Below, one piece after another: positions 12,001-25,530 of a DNA stretch of 64,000 nucleotides. The stretch comes from Macrostomum lignano (Eukaryota). A model generated the notes under the pieces. The model did no database searches. It saw nothing but the letters and a program-made list of their open reading frames with translations, and was not told the DNA's origin. Within the stretch, counting starts at the first letter, position 1. Each line of letters opens with the position of its first letter. The DNA lies in NCBI GenBank assembly GCA_002269645.1, contig NIVC01001497.1, positions 124,001 to 188,000 of the forward strand, given 5' to 3'. The position numbers were made by a program, and so were the translations under genes.

Positions 12001-15000
12001 CAGTATGAGCTACAGATAGAACTCATGTACCTCAGTATGAGCTACAGATAGAACTCATGTGCCTCAGTATGAGCTACAGATGAACTCATGTGCCTCAGTA
12101 TAAGCTACAGATGAACTCATGTACCTCAGTATGAGCTACAGATAGAACTCATGTACCTCAGTATGAGCTACAGATAGAACTCATGTACCTCAGTATGAGC
12201 TACAGATAGAACTCATGTGCCTCAGTATGAGCTACAGATGAACTCATGTGCCTCAGTATGAGCTACAGATAGAACTCATGTACCTCAGTATGAGCTACAG
12301 ATGAACTCATGTGCCTCAGTATGAGCTACAGATAGAACTCATGCACATCAGTATGAGCTACAGATAGAACTCATGTACCTCAGTATGAGCTACAGATAGA
12401 ACTCATGTGCCTCAGTATGAGCTACAGATGAACTCATGTGCCTCAGTATGAGCTACAGATAGAACTCATGTGCCTCAGTATGAGCTACAGATAGAACACA
12501 TGTGCCTCAGTATGAGCTACAGATAAAACTCATGTGCCTCAGTATGAGCTACAGATAGAACTCATGCACATCAGTATGAGCTACAGATACATGTAGAACT
12601 CATGTGCCTCAGTATGAGCTACAGATGAACTCATGTGCCTCAGTATGAGCCACAGAAAGAACTCATGCACATCAGTATGAGCTACAGATAGAACTCATGT
12701 ACCTCAGTATGAGCTACAGATAGAACACATGTGCCTCAGTATGAGCTACAGATAGAACTCATGTGCCTCAGTATGAGCTACAGATAGAACTCATGTACCT
12801 CAGTATGAGCTACAGATAGAACTCATGTACCTCAGTATGAGCTACAGATAGAACTCATGTACCTCAGTATGAGCTACAGATAGAACTCATGTGCCTCAGT
12901 ATGAGCTACAGATGAACTCATGTGCCTCAGTATGAGCTACAGATGAACTCATGTGCCTCAGTATAAGCTACAGATGAACTCATGTACCTCAGTATGAGCT
13001 ACAGATGAACTCATGTGCCTCAGTATGAGCTACAGATAGAACTCATGTACCTCAGTATGAGCTACAGATGAACTCATGTGCCTCAGTATGAGCTACAGAT
13101 AGAACTCATGCACATCAGTATGAGCTACAGATAGAACTCATGTACCTCAGTATGAGCTACAGATAGAACTCATGTGCCTCAGTATGAGCTACAGATGAAC
13201 TCATGTGCCTCAGTATGAGCTACAGATAGAACTCATGTGCCTCAGTATGAGCTACAGATAGAACACATGTGCCTCAGTATGAGCTACAGATAAAACTCAT
13301 GTGCCTCAGTATGAGCTACAGATAGAACTCATGCACATCAGTATGAGCTACAGATACATGTAGAACTCATGTGCCTCAGTATGAGCTACAGATGAACTCA
13401 TGTGCCTCAGTATGAGCCACAGAAAGAACTCATGCACATCAGTATGAGCTACAGATAGAACTCATGTACCTGAGTATGAGCTACAGATAGAACACATGTG
13501 CCTCAGTATGAGCTACAGATAGAACTCATGTGCCTCAGTATGAGCTACAGATAGAACTCATGTACCTCAGTATGAGCTACAGATGAACTCATGTACCTCA
13601 GTATGAGCTACAGATAGAACTCATGTGCCTCAGTATGAGCTACAGATGAACTCATGTGCCTCAGTATGAGCTACAGATAGAACTCATGTACCTCAGTATG
13701 AGCTACAGATAGAACTCATGTACCTCAGTATGAGCTACAGATAGAACTCATGTACCTCAGTATGAGCTACAGATAGAACTCATGTGCCTCAGTATGAGCT
13801 ACAGATGAACTCATGTGCCTCAGTATGAGCTACAGATAGAACTCATGTACCTCAGTATGAGCTACAGATGAACTCATGTGCCTCAGTATGAGCTACAGAT
13901 AGAACTCATGCACATCAGTATGAGCTACAGATAGAACTCATGTACCTCAGTATGAGCTACAGATAGAACTCATGTGCCTCAGTATGAGCTACAGATGAAC
14001 TCATGTGCCTCAGTATGAGCTACAGATAGAACTCATGTGCCTCAGTATGAGCTACAGATAGAACTCATGTACCTCAGTATGAGCTACAGATAGAACTCAT
14101 GTACCTCAGTATGAGCTACAGATAGAACTCATGTACCTCAGTATAAGCTACAGATGAACTCATGTACCTCAGTATGAGCTACAGATAGAACTCATGTACC
14201 TCAGTATGAGCTACAAATAGAACTTCAGGGATACATAATGTACTTTTAACGCTTTGCAACAAGCCATTTTGCTCAGAAATTCTACTCATTTGTTGCTCAT
14301 TACAGCTTGAGAGCTTGCATTATTCTACATAAACGCGTCTCCTAAAACTGATCCATGGAAATGATAAAAATGGCATTGCCACCAGCACAGGCCAGCAGAT
14401 TCGCATTACAATGTGCGCACACAATACAATAAAACAACTCATCTTGGATGATTGTACATTCTTTGTCATCATCTATAGCGCCTGCATCCGGGTTGCTTTC
14501 AATCTCCCTCACTCCCCTCCACTCTATCCTCTGCCCAAGTCACGTGTGGCGTACAATGCGCCTCTGGACAATGCCTGTCGTTTAGTAAGCTTTGTTTCAA
14601 TCCATGGAATCCACCCATTAGCCTAAAAGTCTTGCTGTTTTATTTTCCAGGAAGTTCAGATTCCGCAAAGTTTATCAAATGCGCTAAATTTAACGTTTAC
14701 AAATATTCAAATTCTCATTTGAATGGAATTTTCTCATCTAATTTTCTATTACCCAATTTCTTAAAACTCAGATTCTATGAACTTGTTTAGAATCTCAGAG
14801 ATTGACTCCGGAATCTCTAAAGTTCAGAATTCCTGAAGTTCAGACTCCCACAAGTTAAGAATTCCTGAAGTTCAGAATCTCTACAGTTCAGAATACCTGG
14901 AGTTCAGAATCTCTACAGTTCAGAATCCCTGAAGTTCAGAATCCCTGAAGTTCAGAATCCCTGAAGTTCAGAATCCCTAAAGTTCAGAATCCCTGAAGTT

Positions 15001-16761
15001 CAGAATCCTTGAAGTTCAGAATCCCTGAAGTTCAGAATCCCTAAAGTTCAGAATCCCTGAAATTCATAGAGCTATTGTTCTATACAATTAGATTCACTGA
15101 AAAGTACATAATAAAGACAATAAGCGGCACCAACCTCGATCAGCACACTTTTCTTCAGAATCTTGATGGCGAACAAATTGCTTGACGCCTTCTCCCGGCA
15201 CAGCACCACCTTGCCGAAGGTGCCCATGCCCAGCACCTTCAGCATCTCGAAGTCCGACAGGCTAACCTTGTTCCTGGGTCTGCGAAATTCAACGGAAAGT
15301 GTAATGTAAAATTCAATGCAATTAAAGAATCTCGATAAACCTTTTGCCATAAAATTTTATCATAAAATTAATGCAACTAAAAATTCTCACAAGTTCATAT
15401 CTAACAATGCCTTTATTAATAACTTGCTGACTCCCTCACAGCAAACTCCCTCACTGCAAGCTCCCTCACTGCATCTAGCTGACTCCCTCACTGCAAACTC
15501 CCTCACCGCATCTAGCTGACCCTCCCTCACTGCATCTAGCTGATCCTCCCTCACTGCATCTAGCTGACCCTCCCTCACTGCATCTAGCTGATCCTCCCTC
15601 ACTGCATCTAGCTGATCCTCCCTCACTGCATCTAGCTGATCCTCCCTCACTGCATCTAGCTGATCCTCCCTCACTGCATCTAGCTGATCCTCCCTCACCG
15701 CATCTAGCTGACCCTCCCTCACTGCATCTAGCTGATCCTCCCTCACCGCATCTAGCTGATCCTCCCTCACTGCATCTAGCTGACCCTCCCTCACTGCATC
15801 TAGCTGATCCTCCCTCACTGCATCTAGCTGACCCTCCCTCACTGCATCTAGCTGATCCTCCTTCACTGCATCTAGCTGATCCTCCCTCACTGCATCTAGC
15901 TGATCCTCCCTCACTGCATCTAGCTGATCCTCCCTCACTGCATCTAGCTGATCCTCCCTCACTGCATCTAGCTGATCCTCCCTCACTGCATCTAGCTGAT
16001 CCTCCCTCACTGCATCTAGCTGACTCCCTCACTGGCTATCTAGCAGCCCCAATCTACACGGGAACTCACAGTTCTGGCGGCTCCACAGCATCTGACGCGG
16101 TGCTAACAGTGGCCGGACACTCTCCAGACGACTTGTGCATATTAGTGACATTAACAATTGCGTTCACCCAGGCCTCGCGCTCGGCGTTAGTCTCAACGTA
16201 AAACATTCGATCAACAATATTGGTGCCCTGCAGGCCTCGAAGCAGAAATGTGAATGGCTTTGGCGTATCCATGAACAGAGCTTTGGAATTTTTAACAGTG
16301 AAATTGTTCAGCGGCTGTAGGTACTCTTTCTGAGTCTTTGGCTTCACTTTATAGCCAAAGAATGTGCCATCCTGGTACAGTATGAAGTAGCGACGCCGCC
16401 AGTTTTTAATGTGCTCGCCGCGTTTCATGAGGTAGCCTTCCTTAATTAGCGACTTGGAGATTGGAATGCGACTAGGCAGCGGCTCGTGCGGCATGCTGCA
16501 GGCCTGGCTAGGGGCTTCGTGAAACAGCTGCATGTGCTGGTTCATGTAGTTCAGGCTGGGCACTTCGTTTGGCGGCGGCCTCTGACCGCCGAAGTACTGC
16601 GACACCAATGTCGACACCGAGTCCATTGAAGAGCAGTTCGCCTGCTCACCGCCGGGAGGAAGGTGCAGCTGCTGCTGGGCGGCTGACGACTGCGGCGATT
16701 CGCCACAGTCAGGATTTTCAATTTCCATATCCATATCGCCGTCTTCGTTGCGCTGTTCCAT
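9096..16761 (-). CDS. akt: RAC/Akt (PKB) Ser/Thr kinase, ~586 aa; exons 16761-16070, 15279-15135, 10686-10290, 9622-9096
   Basis: PH domain [21 protein letters not shown]; GMGTFGKV; YRDLKLEN; DFG; [12 protein letters not shown]; turn motif LTPP; hydrophobic motif FEKFSF. Intron phases 2, 0, 1 are consistent and the CDS is 1761 nt. Confidence 0.95.
9780..10190. repeat. Degenerate ~40 bp minisatellite in Akt intron 3
   Basis: Recurring gagatctcatgggaagatgcaatgatctggg units. Confidence 0.8.
10780..14225. repeat. 31/32 bp satellite (~3.4 kb) in Akt intron 2
   Basis: Unit cagatagaactcatgtacctcagtatgagcta, over 100 copies, with recurring variant blocks. Confidence 0.97.
14818..15063. repeat. 16 bp minisatellite (gaagttcagaatccct) in Akt intron 2
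   Basis: Visible tandem units. Confidence 0.9.
15430..16035. repeat. 24 bp minisatellite (cctccctcactgcatctagctgat) in Akt intron 1
   Basis: ~22 copies. Confidence 0.95.
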
Positions 16762-16806
16762 GCTGGAAGTTACACGGCGCTTTAGTCGATTAGTAGAAGG
16801 GCTAAG

Positions 16807-16860
16807 CCCCAAGGCAGACAGTGTGTGTACATCAGGGCCCGCTGTACATCTTGCGTGAGC
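16807..16860 (+). mobile_element. SINE core fragment immediately upstream of the Akt start
   Basis: ccccaaggcagacagtgtgtgtacatcagggcccgctgtaca matches the core of the 51570 SINE. Confidence 0.55.
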
Positions 16861-18231
16861 ATTCCTCGGGGAAAAAACTCACAACGCTTAAGTATCAGTT
16901 TTCATACAACCTGAAGCTGCATTACAAGTTTACCCAACTCTACTACAGCTGAAGTACTTTACTCTGCTACAGGCATAGCTTTGATGGATTGTATTTTCTA
17001 ATCTATCTAATATATCTAATTTTAAACGCTTAAGAAAAACATTTCAAATAGTAACTCAGAGCAACTGTCACCTTAGCGCGTGCTTATAAAATATACTAAT
17101 ATTACCCAATATAGAAGCCTAGAAATGGTAACTCACTGTCAGGCTTGAATATTTAATTTCGAGCAAAAACTACTCGGATTTGTTGACTGCCAGTCATCAC
17201 GCCCCTTTGCCTGATAAAAAAGCTCCCCCCTCAAGCCCTGACCTCTTCTTAGCTTTCTTATCAAATCGGTGCAGCGCACCAATGCACAGCGAGTGCAAGC
17301 CTATGAAGGCATCGCACTCGCTGCAATAACAATCCTAACTTTACAAGCTAAGGACATTGTACCCTATGAAAGGCAGCGAAAAAAGGTAAACACAAACACA
17401 AAAGTTTGCTCTAGTTTTCCCGCAGACTGACTCGGCATTAGCCGCTAAAAAGGAAGTCGGACGGCGAGCTGACACAGCGATACAGTGTAGAGTTATCGAA
17501 GCCCTAGGCAGCATCCCCCCTAGCTTGCTGGCTGAAGAAGAGGAAATGAAAAGGAGGCAAGCAGCAGAGGCCAGTGACGCAAATAGAAACCTTTTTGAAT
17601 GAAACCCTAACAAGGAAGCCGGGCCGGGAGCAGCGGAGTAGCAAAACGCGAGCTAGAGAGAGAAAGAAGGCAGAGCGGCGGATTCAAGTAGCACAGATTG
17701 AAGGAAGACAGATATATTAATAACGGTTTGCCTATGCAATACAGCCCACAACAGTAATAGCAATTATAAGGTAAAAACTAATGACAGGGAAGAACGTACT
17801 GATGGAGGGCCGCGGAAAATCCTAATGTTCATAATTAATGCAAAGCGTTTAGATTAATATTTTTAAGCCCTAAGTCTCGCTCGCAGTTTAATGAATACAG
17901 AAACTGCATATGCAGATAGGGGTTTCTGAGTTCACAGCGAAGTGTAAACACAAGTGATTACCCAAGCACCACTGACTGACTGGGTTAAAGCACGAAAACA
18001 CCTTCTAGGCTAAGAGATTGCAAACTAAGAAAGGTCCCGCACGTGACAGCTTGACTGAGCGCATAAACAGAAACTGCTATGCTTTGACCTTCAAAGCACT
18101 TCGTTACATAATGAAGTCGTAATTGAAGCCTCAATCGATTTTCATGATTTAGCAGGCCACAGGTAACAAATAGCAGGTAAAGGCACCAAAGTAACAATAT
18201 ACTGACGCATTAACAAAACGGATTTTTTCAC

Positions 18232-18680
18232 ACAAACACAACTAAAACTTACTGCCTGAATTCCGCACAAACACGAACTAAAACTGCCTGAATTCCGCAC
18301 AAACACGAACTAAAACTGACTGAATTCCGCACAAACACGAACTAAAACTGCCTGGATAAGGCACAAACACGAACTAAAACTGCCTGAATTCCGCACAAAC
18401 ACGAACTAAAACTGACTGAATTCCGCACAAACACGAACTAAAACTGCCTGGATAAGGCACAAACACGAACTAAAACTGCCTGAATTCCGCACAAACACGA
18501 ACTAAAACTGACTCAATTCCACACAAACACGAACTAAAACTGCCTCAATTCCGCACAAACACGAACTAAAACTGACTGAATTCCGCACAAACACGAACTA
18601 AAACTGACTGAATTCCGCACACACACACGCGAATTAAACCTGCCTCAATTCCACACAAACACGAACTAAAACTACCTAGA
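18232..18680. repeat. 32/33 bp minisatellite (ctgaattccgcacaaacacgaactaaaactgc)
   Basis: ~13 copies upstream of Akt. Confidence 0.9.
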
Positions 18681-19759
18681 TTCTGCCCAGTTCGCACACA
18701 ATATCAGTCTATAAATTTTAGTAAAAAAAATTACATCAATAAAAAAATTGTCACAACTCACATACTGACTATTGCAGGAAAGAGACGCGCCAGACAAAAT
18801 TAGATGTAGCTATACTTGATGAATACACAGACAGACACGATATAATCCAAATCCAGCGGGGTGCATTCCGCGGGATTAAGCATGGGGAACACACATATAT
18901 CGGCATATACGGGAGATGGAAACCGTATAAAACGGCACAAGGGAGGGGGGATTGACAGTTCTAAGCCTGGCTTTATGCAGAAATCCCAACAGCCAATGAG
19001 AACGAAAGGACACGTTGACATTAAATTCAAACTACTAGGCTGGCTGATGTTTGAGCAGGCTGGGTGAGACAGGGTTGAGCCAGATGGATTTAGATGAGGA
19101 GAAAGCGAAAAAGAAAAGTAAAACTCTTCTCGTGCCCGCGCGCTGCAGCCGGGGTCAGAGAAATCCCCGAACAGCGCGGCGCCGCACTTTCTTGCCTCCT
19201 CCCCGAAAGAACAAGCTCGTTGGCCAATGAGCGATCAGGTGATTAGCTGTGATTAGCAGAATCTGAATTCTGAGCATTCCGAGACTTGACTAGCCTCATG
19301 TTTGCGTGCGAGTTTAGCACAACGAATGCAAAACCATCCGACCCTTCTCCCCAGAAGGAACAAGCTTAGCCGGCTTAAGTTGATTTACACTAGGCTCAGT
19401 GGAGATGAAGCCAGCTGAGTTCACTTCAGTAACAGAGGCTGAGCATTGTAATCAAAGCCGAAAGAATTTTGCAGATTTCAATAAGAGCAAGCTCTAATGA
19501 TGCTGCAATGCAGAAACAGAAGAACCATGGCACACATGGGGACACTCCATCGAATTGAGATAAATTTACCTTTCATATTATTTTATATTTGATAATGGAT
19601 TCAACCATACTTTAAACTTTGGCATCCTGAATTCCGACCCCAGATGCCTAATTGAAACCCTGTTTTTCCAAGCTGTGAACAGAGTCCACACACTTTGCAA
19701 CTTTCATGGGTCAGAGAGGCTTAGGTAGAGAGTGTGAAAAGTAGATATTCCAGCCGTTT

Positions 19760-22700
19760 TCAATTGGGCATCCTGAATTAAGACCTAGGATGCCAAATAG
19801 AACTACAATTCTAATATCAAAAAACATAACAGATAAAAAACAATACTAATACTCACTACAATCTAATTTTTCTTTGAAAGAAAGAGCAAAAAGCTTGTCT
19901 AAATCATAAAAATATTGTCAACCTAATTTGATATCAAATGCCCCAAGCCTTGGCTTTAAGACTTCTCTGTTTGCTTTTTTCAATAATCCAATGTGATAAG
20001 AAAACTGATGAATAAAGGGCAAAATATGAGTATATTATATATTTTTGCCTTTAACATCCCTTCTTAAATTCATTTAAATTGTATTAATTAAGTATACTTT
20101 TACTTTTTATGTATAACTGATAATATTCTTAGAGTAAAATTATACAGGGTATAAATTAAATAGAAAGCCAAAAAGAGACAGAGCAGCCAGTTTCTTTATT
20201 GAGTTTAATAACTAATACTATTTCTTCTTTAACTAATTAAATTTAATTTGAACCTTTTGGCAATCTTTAAAATAGACTCATTTCCTTAGATTGAGAAAAG
20301 TCCAAGCATTAATAGAATTGGTAGCCATTTAGAAAAAGAAATATCCTAGCCTATTAATCTAAAGAAATTGTTTCAAGCAATACAAACCTCTTAGAACTAT
20401 GACCCTCTGATCTTAGGAATGCCTAAAGAGAAAGAAATCCCTTATAAGATAAATAGTGCTATACAATATAACTACTTAGGCTAGACTCATGCACTAGGGG
20501 CCTACTCAATCTGCAATGCAATTTAGACAACTTGACATTCATTTTGATCATCAATTTTTATACTTTTAGTTAGACTTTTAAATTAAACAAAGCCAACTTC
20601 AATTTAAATGTTAGATATTTATTTTAGATAGTAGATATTCAAAATAAACAGTTCTTCATTGAGAGTGCTTTGTCTATGGTCTAAATTCAAGTTTTGGGAC
20701 AAAGCTCACATTCAATTTCAACAACTCTAATTCAATTTAGACATGCTAATCTGAGCCCTTTAGACTTTTGCTTCCTGTCAGCTGTCTCCGACCTTGAGAG
20801 AGAAAAGACTTGGAGACTAATGTATATTCTGTAAGACAGGCTGGCCTCATCCTAAAACCTTCAATAATAGTATGCATGAACATAATAGAACAGAGAAAAA
20901 TTCAATGTTGAAATTGAATGGGAAAAGGTGTAATTTAAGCTATATATGATATACTATAAAAAATATAAAACCTAAGTAACAACTTTTAGAGATCAATTTT
21001 GTAAGATCAATTTTAGAAAGTAGAACAACCATACCAGCAAACTTGTAACAATTTGGCATCAGTAGTAGATTTAAAAGAGCAGAGAAACACTATAACATAA
21101 CTATTTGAAACTCATATTGTTGCTCTTGCAATAATGAAGTATATTTGTTAATAGTCTTAGTGCAATACCAAATATAAAAAGAATATATTGTATCATATTC
21201 TAACAAATGCTTGCCAAGAAAATTGGCTTGATTTATTCTTGATTTTCATCTTGTTGGAAAGTTGGTGCTATTAGCACAATTTTTGATAGACATTAATATG
21301 TAAAAATAGATAAAAATTGGACAAACATTCATCTTTATATCATCTTCATCTTTGTTAGACTGAAAGAAAAAAGTTAGAGCAAAAAATTAGATAACTTATC
21401 AATTTCTTAAAAAACATAATAACAACTCCAACTTTCACTCAATATAACTCCAATTTTCAATTATGTATAATATATGTGTAAATATGACAATGTATGTTTG
21501 TCCAATTTTATCAATATTCATCTGCACAAGTCAGACCAATTACATAACTATTGCTTAACACTGAAGGCTCAATATTAATGCAAAAATGCATATAGTTAAT
21601 GTAGATAGGCAAAGTACTGCACTCAAGAATATGGAATATTACCACTGTGTTAATGATTCAATACTAATGCTAACTAGCATTGTACCCTATTCTTCAACCT
21701 ATAAATAGGCTGCTTTTTGGTGTAAGACAACAAGACAATATAATATCAGATAAGAATGAAGCTTCCCACATTTGGCTATTTCCTTCCAGTGTTTCTGAGT
21801 TAAAAAGAATTGAATTGGGATATTTCTTGGACTATTAGACAGTTTTTATAGAAACATCAATGCTTCTAGACAGAAGCAGCCAAAGAAGCAGACCATTTTT
21901 TCAGCAGGTAAAAGATAGGCCTATAAAGCCCTAAAACATATACCTAATGATACACACACTGCAGTGCAAAAGTATTCATTTATAATCATAAAGCAACATG
22001 TCAATATAATAATTAGAAATAAAATAATTTGCCATAAAAGCATAAAACCATGAAGCATTGATCCTTTTTACATTGCTTAGGAATTCAATAACCAGTCCAT
22101 AGTCTTGTAGAGGCCTTTTTTGGTGAAAATTCCCTATGTGAATAGGCTTCTGAACATCTGCGCCATATACAGCATGGCTCAAAGCCATTTCTACCAACAT
22201 GTAGCCATACACTTAGTGTGGATAGCGAACTATACACTGCTGTACAGTATGCAAGATGGTGCAACTCATAAATCACAACCAATTCACAAATTCATAAAAC
22301 TAAATGAACACTCTTGTTAACAAAAAGTTTGTTTTCCTAATTAATTTTTTACAGAATATTTATCTATATTTTGCAGCAAATTTGTATTGATTGTTATAAT
22401 GCAATAAATACCATTTTTTCAAGTTTAATTTTTAAAAATTATTACTCTTTAAACAGAATTTTTCAAGTAAACACAAAATATCAATCTTAACAAAATAACA
22501 ACAAACTGATTTTATGAAGCACTTTCTGTCCCTAAAATGACAAAACTCACCAAATCTTTTAATTTTTTTCTTTAAAAACAACACCTTATAGGCCCTTTGT
22601 GTAAAGCATGACTACTAACCACATGCAATTTCCATGGTGGCCAAAAATGTTCCCACATGGCCTGCATATCTACAAGACTATGGGAACCAATATATATATA

Positions 22701-25530
22701 TATATATATATATTAATTAAACCAGAGCCAATTGATTAGTTTGCTGTCTATGTCAACAATTATCTAGGATACCAAAAAAGCCCCAGACAATAGAGGCTAA
22801 TAATTAAGTGAATAATGGAAAGGCAAGAATGAAAGTCTAAGATGTGGCAAAAAAGGCAGCTATGACAAAGGCTTCTATCTACAAAGGCCCTTAATGCAGG
22901 GCCATAGTGGCATAGATTGTGACCATTACTCTGGTGGGCTATAGGAGGCCTACTAATATACAAAGCATTGTAGCTGTCAATGCATTGTCTATGTAAGTCT
23001 ATTAGCTTATTGAAATATGATTTTAAAAAGGTCAATAAATATAAACATAACAGAATATAGACATGAAAAGATTTATTCTTTAGATTCTATTCCAGAATAT
23101 GAAAATCAAAGAAATGTTAATAGAAAATTGTATCAATATTGCACTAAACTTCAACTAACTTTTCTCTAACATATATGCGCAACCTTGGAAATCACTTAGC
23201 TATTTCTATTGGCAACACACACATACATATAAGTCACTATTGGCTAAGAGCAATCACATGTAATTTGTCCAATAGCAACTTACATATATATGTTGCCAAT
23301 AGAAATGGCCAGGTAGATCCCTAGGTTGCACCCAAGCATGGTGCAAACTATTAGAGTTAGGTCCCAATGGGCTATCTTTGTAGCATATACCAAGCCCTAT
23401 TTGGCTAACTCACTTTTTGTACAAAGAAAATTTTAAAATAATCATCTAGGCCTATAGCTTTTAAAAGTAAAACTAGTCAGTTTCAGTTAAACAATGAATG
23501 TCAATAATTATTATCCAAAAGAATAATAATAAATCTTGAATATATATATATAATAAGACACATTTTATTCTAGAAATTTTTAATATTTTATTGCTAAATT
23601 GAATTCCCACCAAAAAATTTTTAAAACATGATCATTTGTTTAAATATGTTATTTGTTCTACTTAGGTGAATTTTGTTTTAATTATGTAATTAATTTTGTT
23701 ATAAATAGACTTTTGTTTTCATTGTGATTAGTTAGCCAATGGGAGTATTGTTCAAGTAGTATAAATAAAAGCTAAATAAACACTAGAATACTTCAACCTT
23801 GGAAGTTAGCCTAACTAGTTAATCTTTATTTGGTTCAAACTAAAACTGAATAGTCTTCTGTCTTAAGTTATTTGAGGAATATTAAGTTAATGATTGTTGA
23901 GTGAAACAGGATTGTGGGTTAGAAGAGCCATATTGGATAGAATAAGGGCGTTTTGCTAGCTAAAGCAGGAGATTGTGGAAATAAGCATTTTGCAATAAAA
24001 AGAGAAAGGCGGATTGCCCAGATAAGGGGAGGGGGAATTCCCCAGGAATAAGTAAACTGTTACAATTGAAATACAGGATGTATTGCTAAAAGTTAGAAAT
24101 GATAGTATAAAAGCTAGAAACCCTTGGTCATTAATAATACTATATTGGACTACATAACTTAATAATTAGTAATCAGCAATGTCTTGCCACTTAGGCACTA
24201 AAGCTACTAGGGTAACTTGTATTGACATAGCCCATATATGTATATCTCTAGGATAAGACAATTAGACCTAGTACAAATTGGTGGCCAGGCCAACTAGTGG
24301 GAGTTAGACAAGGAAGACCATAGTCCAGATCATGCTAGGTATACACCTAAACAAAAATTGATAGTTACAAATGAATGCTAAAAAATGGAGTATACACCCC
24401 TTCTTAAAACTCTGCCAATTTTGCAACAATAAATGACCCTTTTTATGTTGTGATAATAAATGACTTTTTTCATTGTGTAATAGATTCTTTTTGACAAATT
24501 TGTTAATTTTCCTATCTTTTTGGAGAATATACAATTTATAATAGAAAGTTTATATATGTAAAGATTTGTTTAAATGCCTTATTACAAGCTTAAAAACTAG
24601 AAAGCATGAAATTTTGGCTTAAAATAAACTTTTTTTCACCATTTTTCAACTTCACAATAACTCTTATGCATGATTCTATAAAGTGCATGCTAGGTGTATT
24701 TTCTTAGGAATGATGCATGCCAAGGTTCCTAGTAATTTTGTCATCTACCATTTCATCATCTGGGTGTCTGGGGTGCTCACCTCGACTTTGGTCACTTCAT
24801 TATCTTAATTAGTATATATGCACTACCTGAAGAGAGTCATTTTTGTCTTCCACCAATCATATTTACTTGGAAATCCTAATGATAACTAAATATTTGGTCA
24901 CTTCGTCATATTATTTTTCAAGCTACTCTGCTTCTGGTCTTTTCATCATCCAATATAACGAAATGGAATATGACAATCTGACCAATGACCTATGCCAACT
25001 GTGCATGCCTACTTTTGGCATGCAAAGCCAATGCATGCCTAAATTTTTGGGCATTTACTAGATTATCCAGAGTGTAGAGGGAAGAAATAGGGCTATAATA
25101 ACTTAGAGTCAGTGATGAAATTTTAATAATAGAGAAAAGTTTAGTTTAGCTTTACAACATATATAAAAGAGGGAAATATATACTCAATATTGAATTTATA
25201 TTCAATAATGATTTAAAAATAAGTAAATCGATAAAAAAGCATTAAACAATTTGGTAATTTAGGCTTATAAAACCAGACTAGAAAAAAAAATTAAAAAAAT
25301 TAAATTTTATACAAAATAAAGCTATGTTCAAAGTCTTTCTAGATTAGACTAAGCCTGTGGTACAAAGAAAAAAGCTAAAGGCTATTACCAAAAGCCTCTT
25401 TAGCTTTTTATATGTAGGCCTAGGCCCTAGCCTAGCCCAAGTAGGTTATTACATATATATTTAGGCATATAGAAAAATTACAATACCTAGTTAAAATTCA
25501 GGGGGTTGTGCAGGTATGATCTTAGTGAAA
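19760..25530. other. AT-rich, strongly CpG-depleted block (probable decayed, formerly methylated transposon)
   Basis: About 10 CG dinucleotides counted manually in ~5.8 kb, versus ~24 in the comparably AT-rich 1.3 kb at 44.7-46.0 kb. No intact ORF. Confidence 0.7.
23177..23331. repeat. Imperfect 155 bp palindrome (MITE-like)
   Basis: Arms gcaacc...atttctattggcaac...ctattgg and ccaatag...gttgccaatagaaat...ggttgc. Confidence 0.75.

Noticed and set aside
3563-14225. CRISPR-like regular repeats
   Set aside because: Units are head to tail with no unique spacers, there are no cas genes, and the context is eukaryotic.
22120-22320. QDGATH resembling the Tc1 QDxAxxH motif
   Set aside because: No flanking transposase motifs; a short match in degraded AT-rich DNA.
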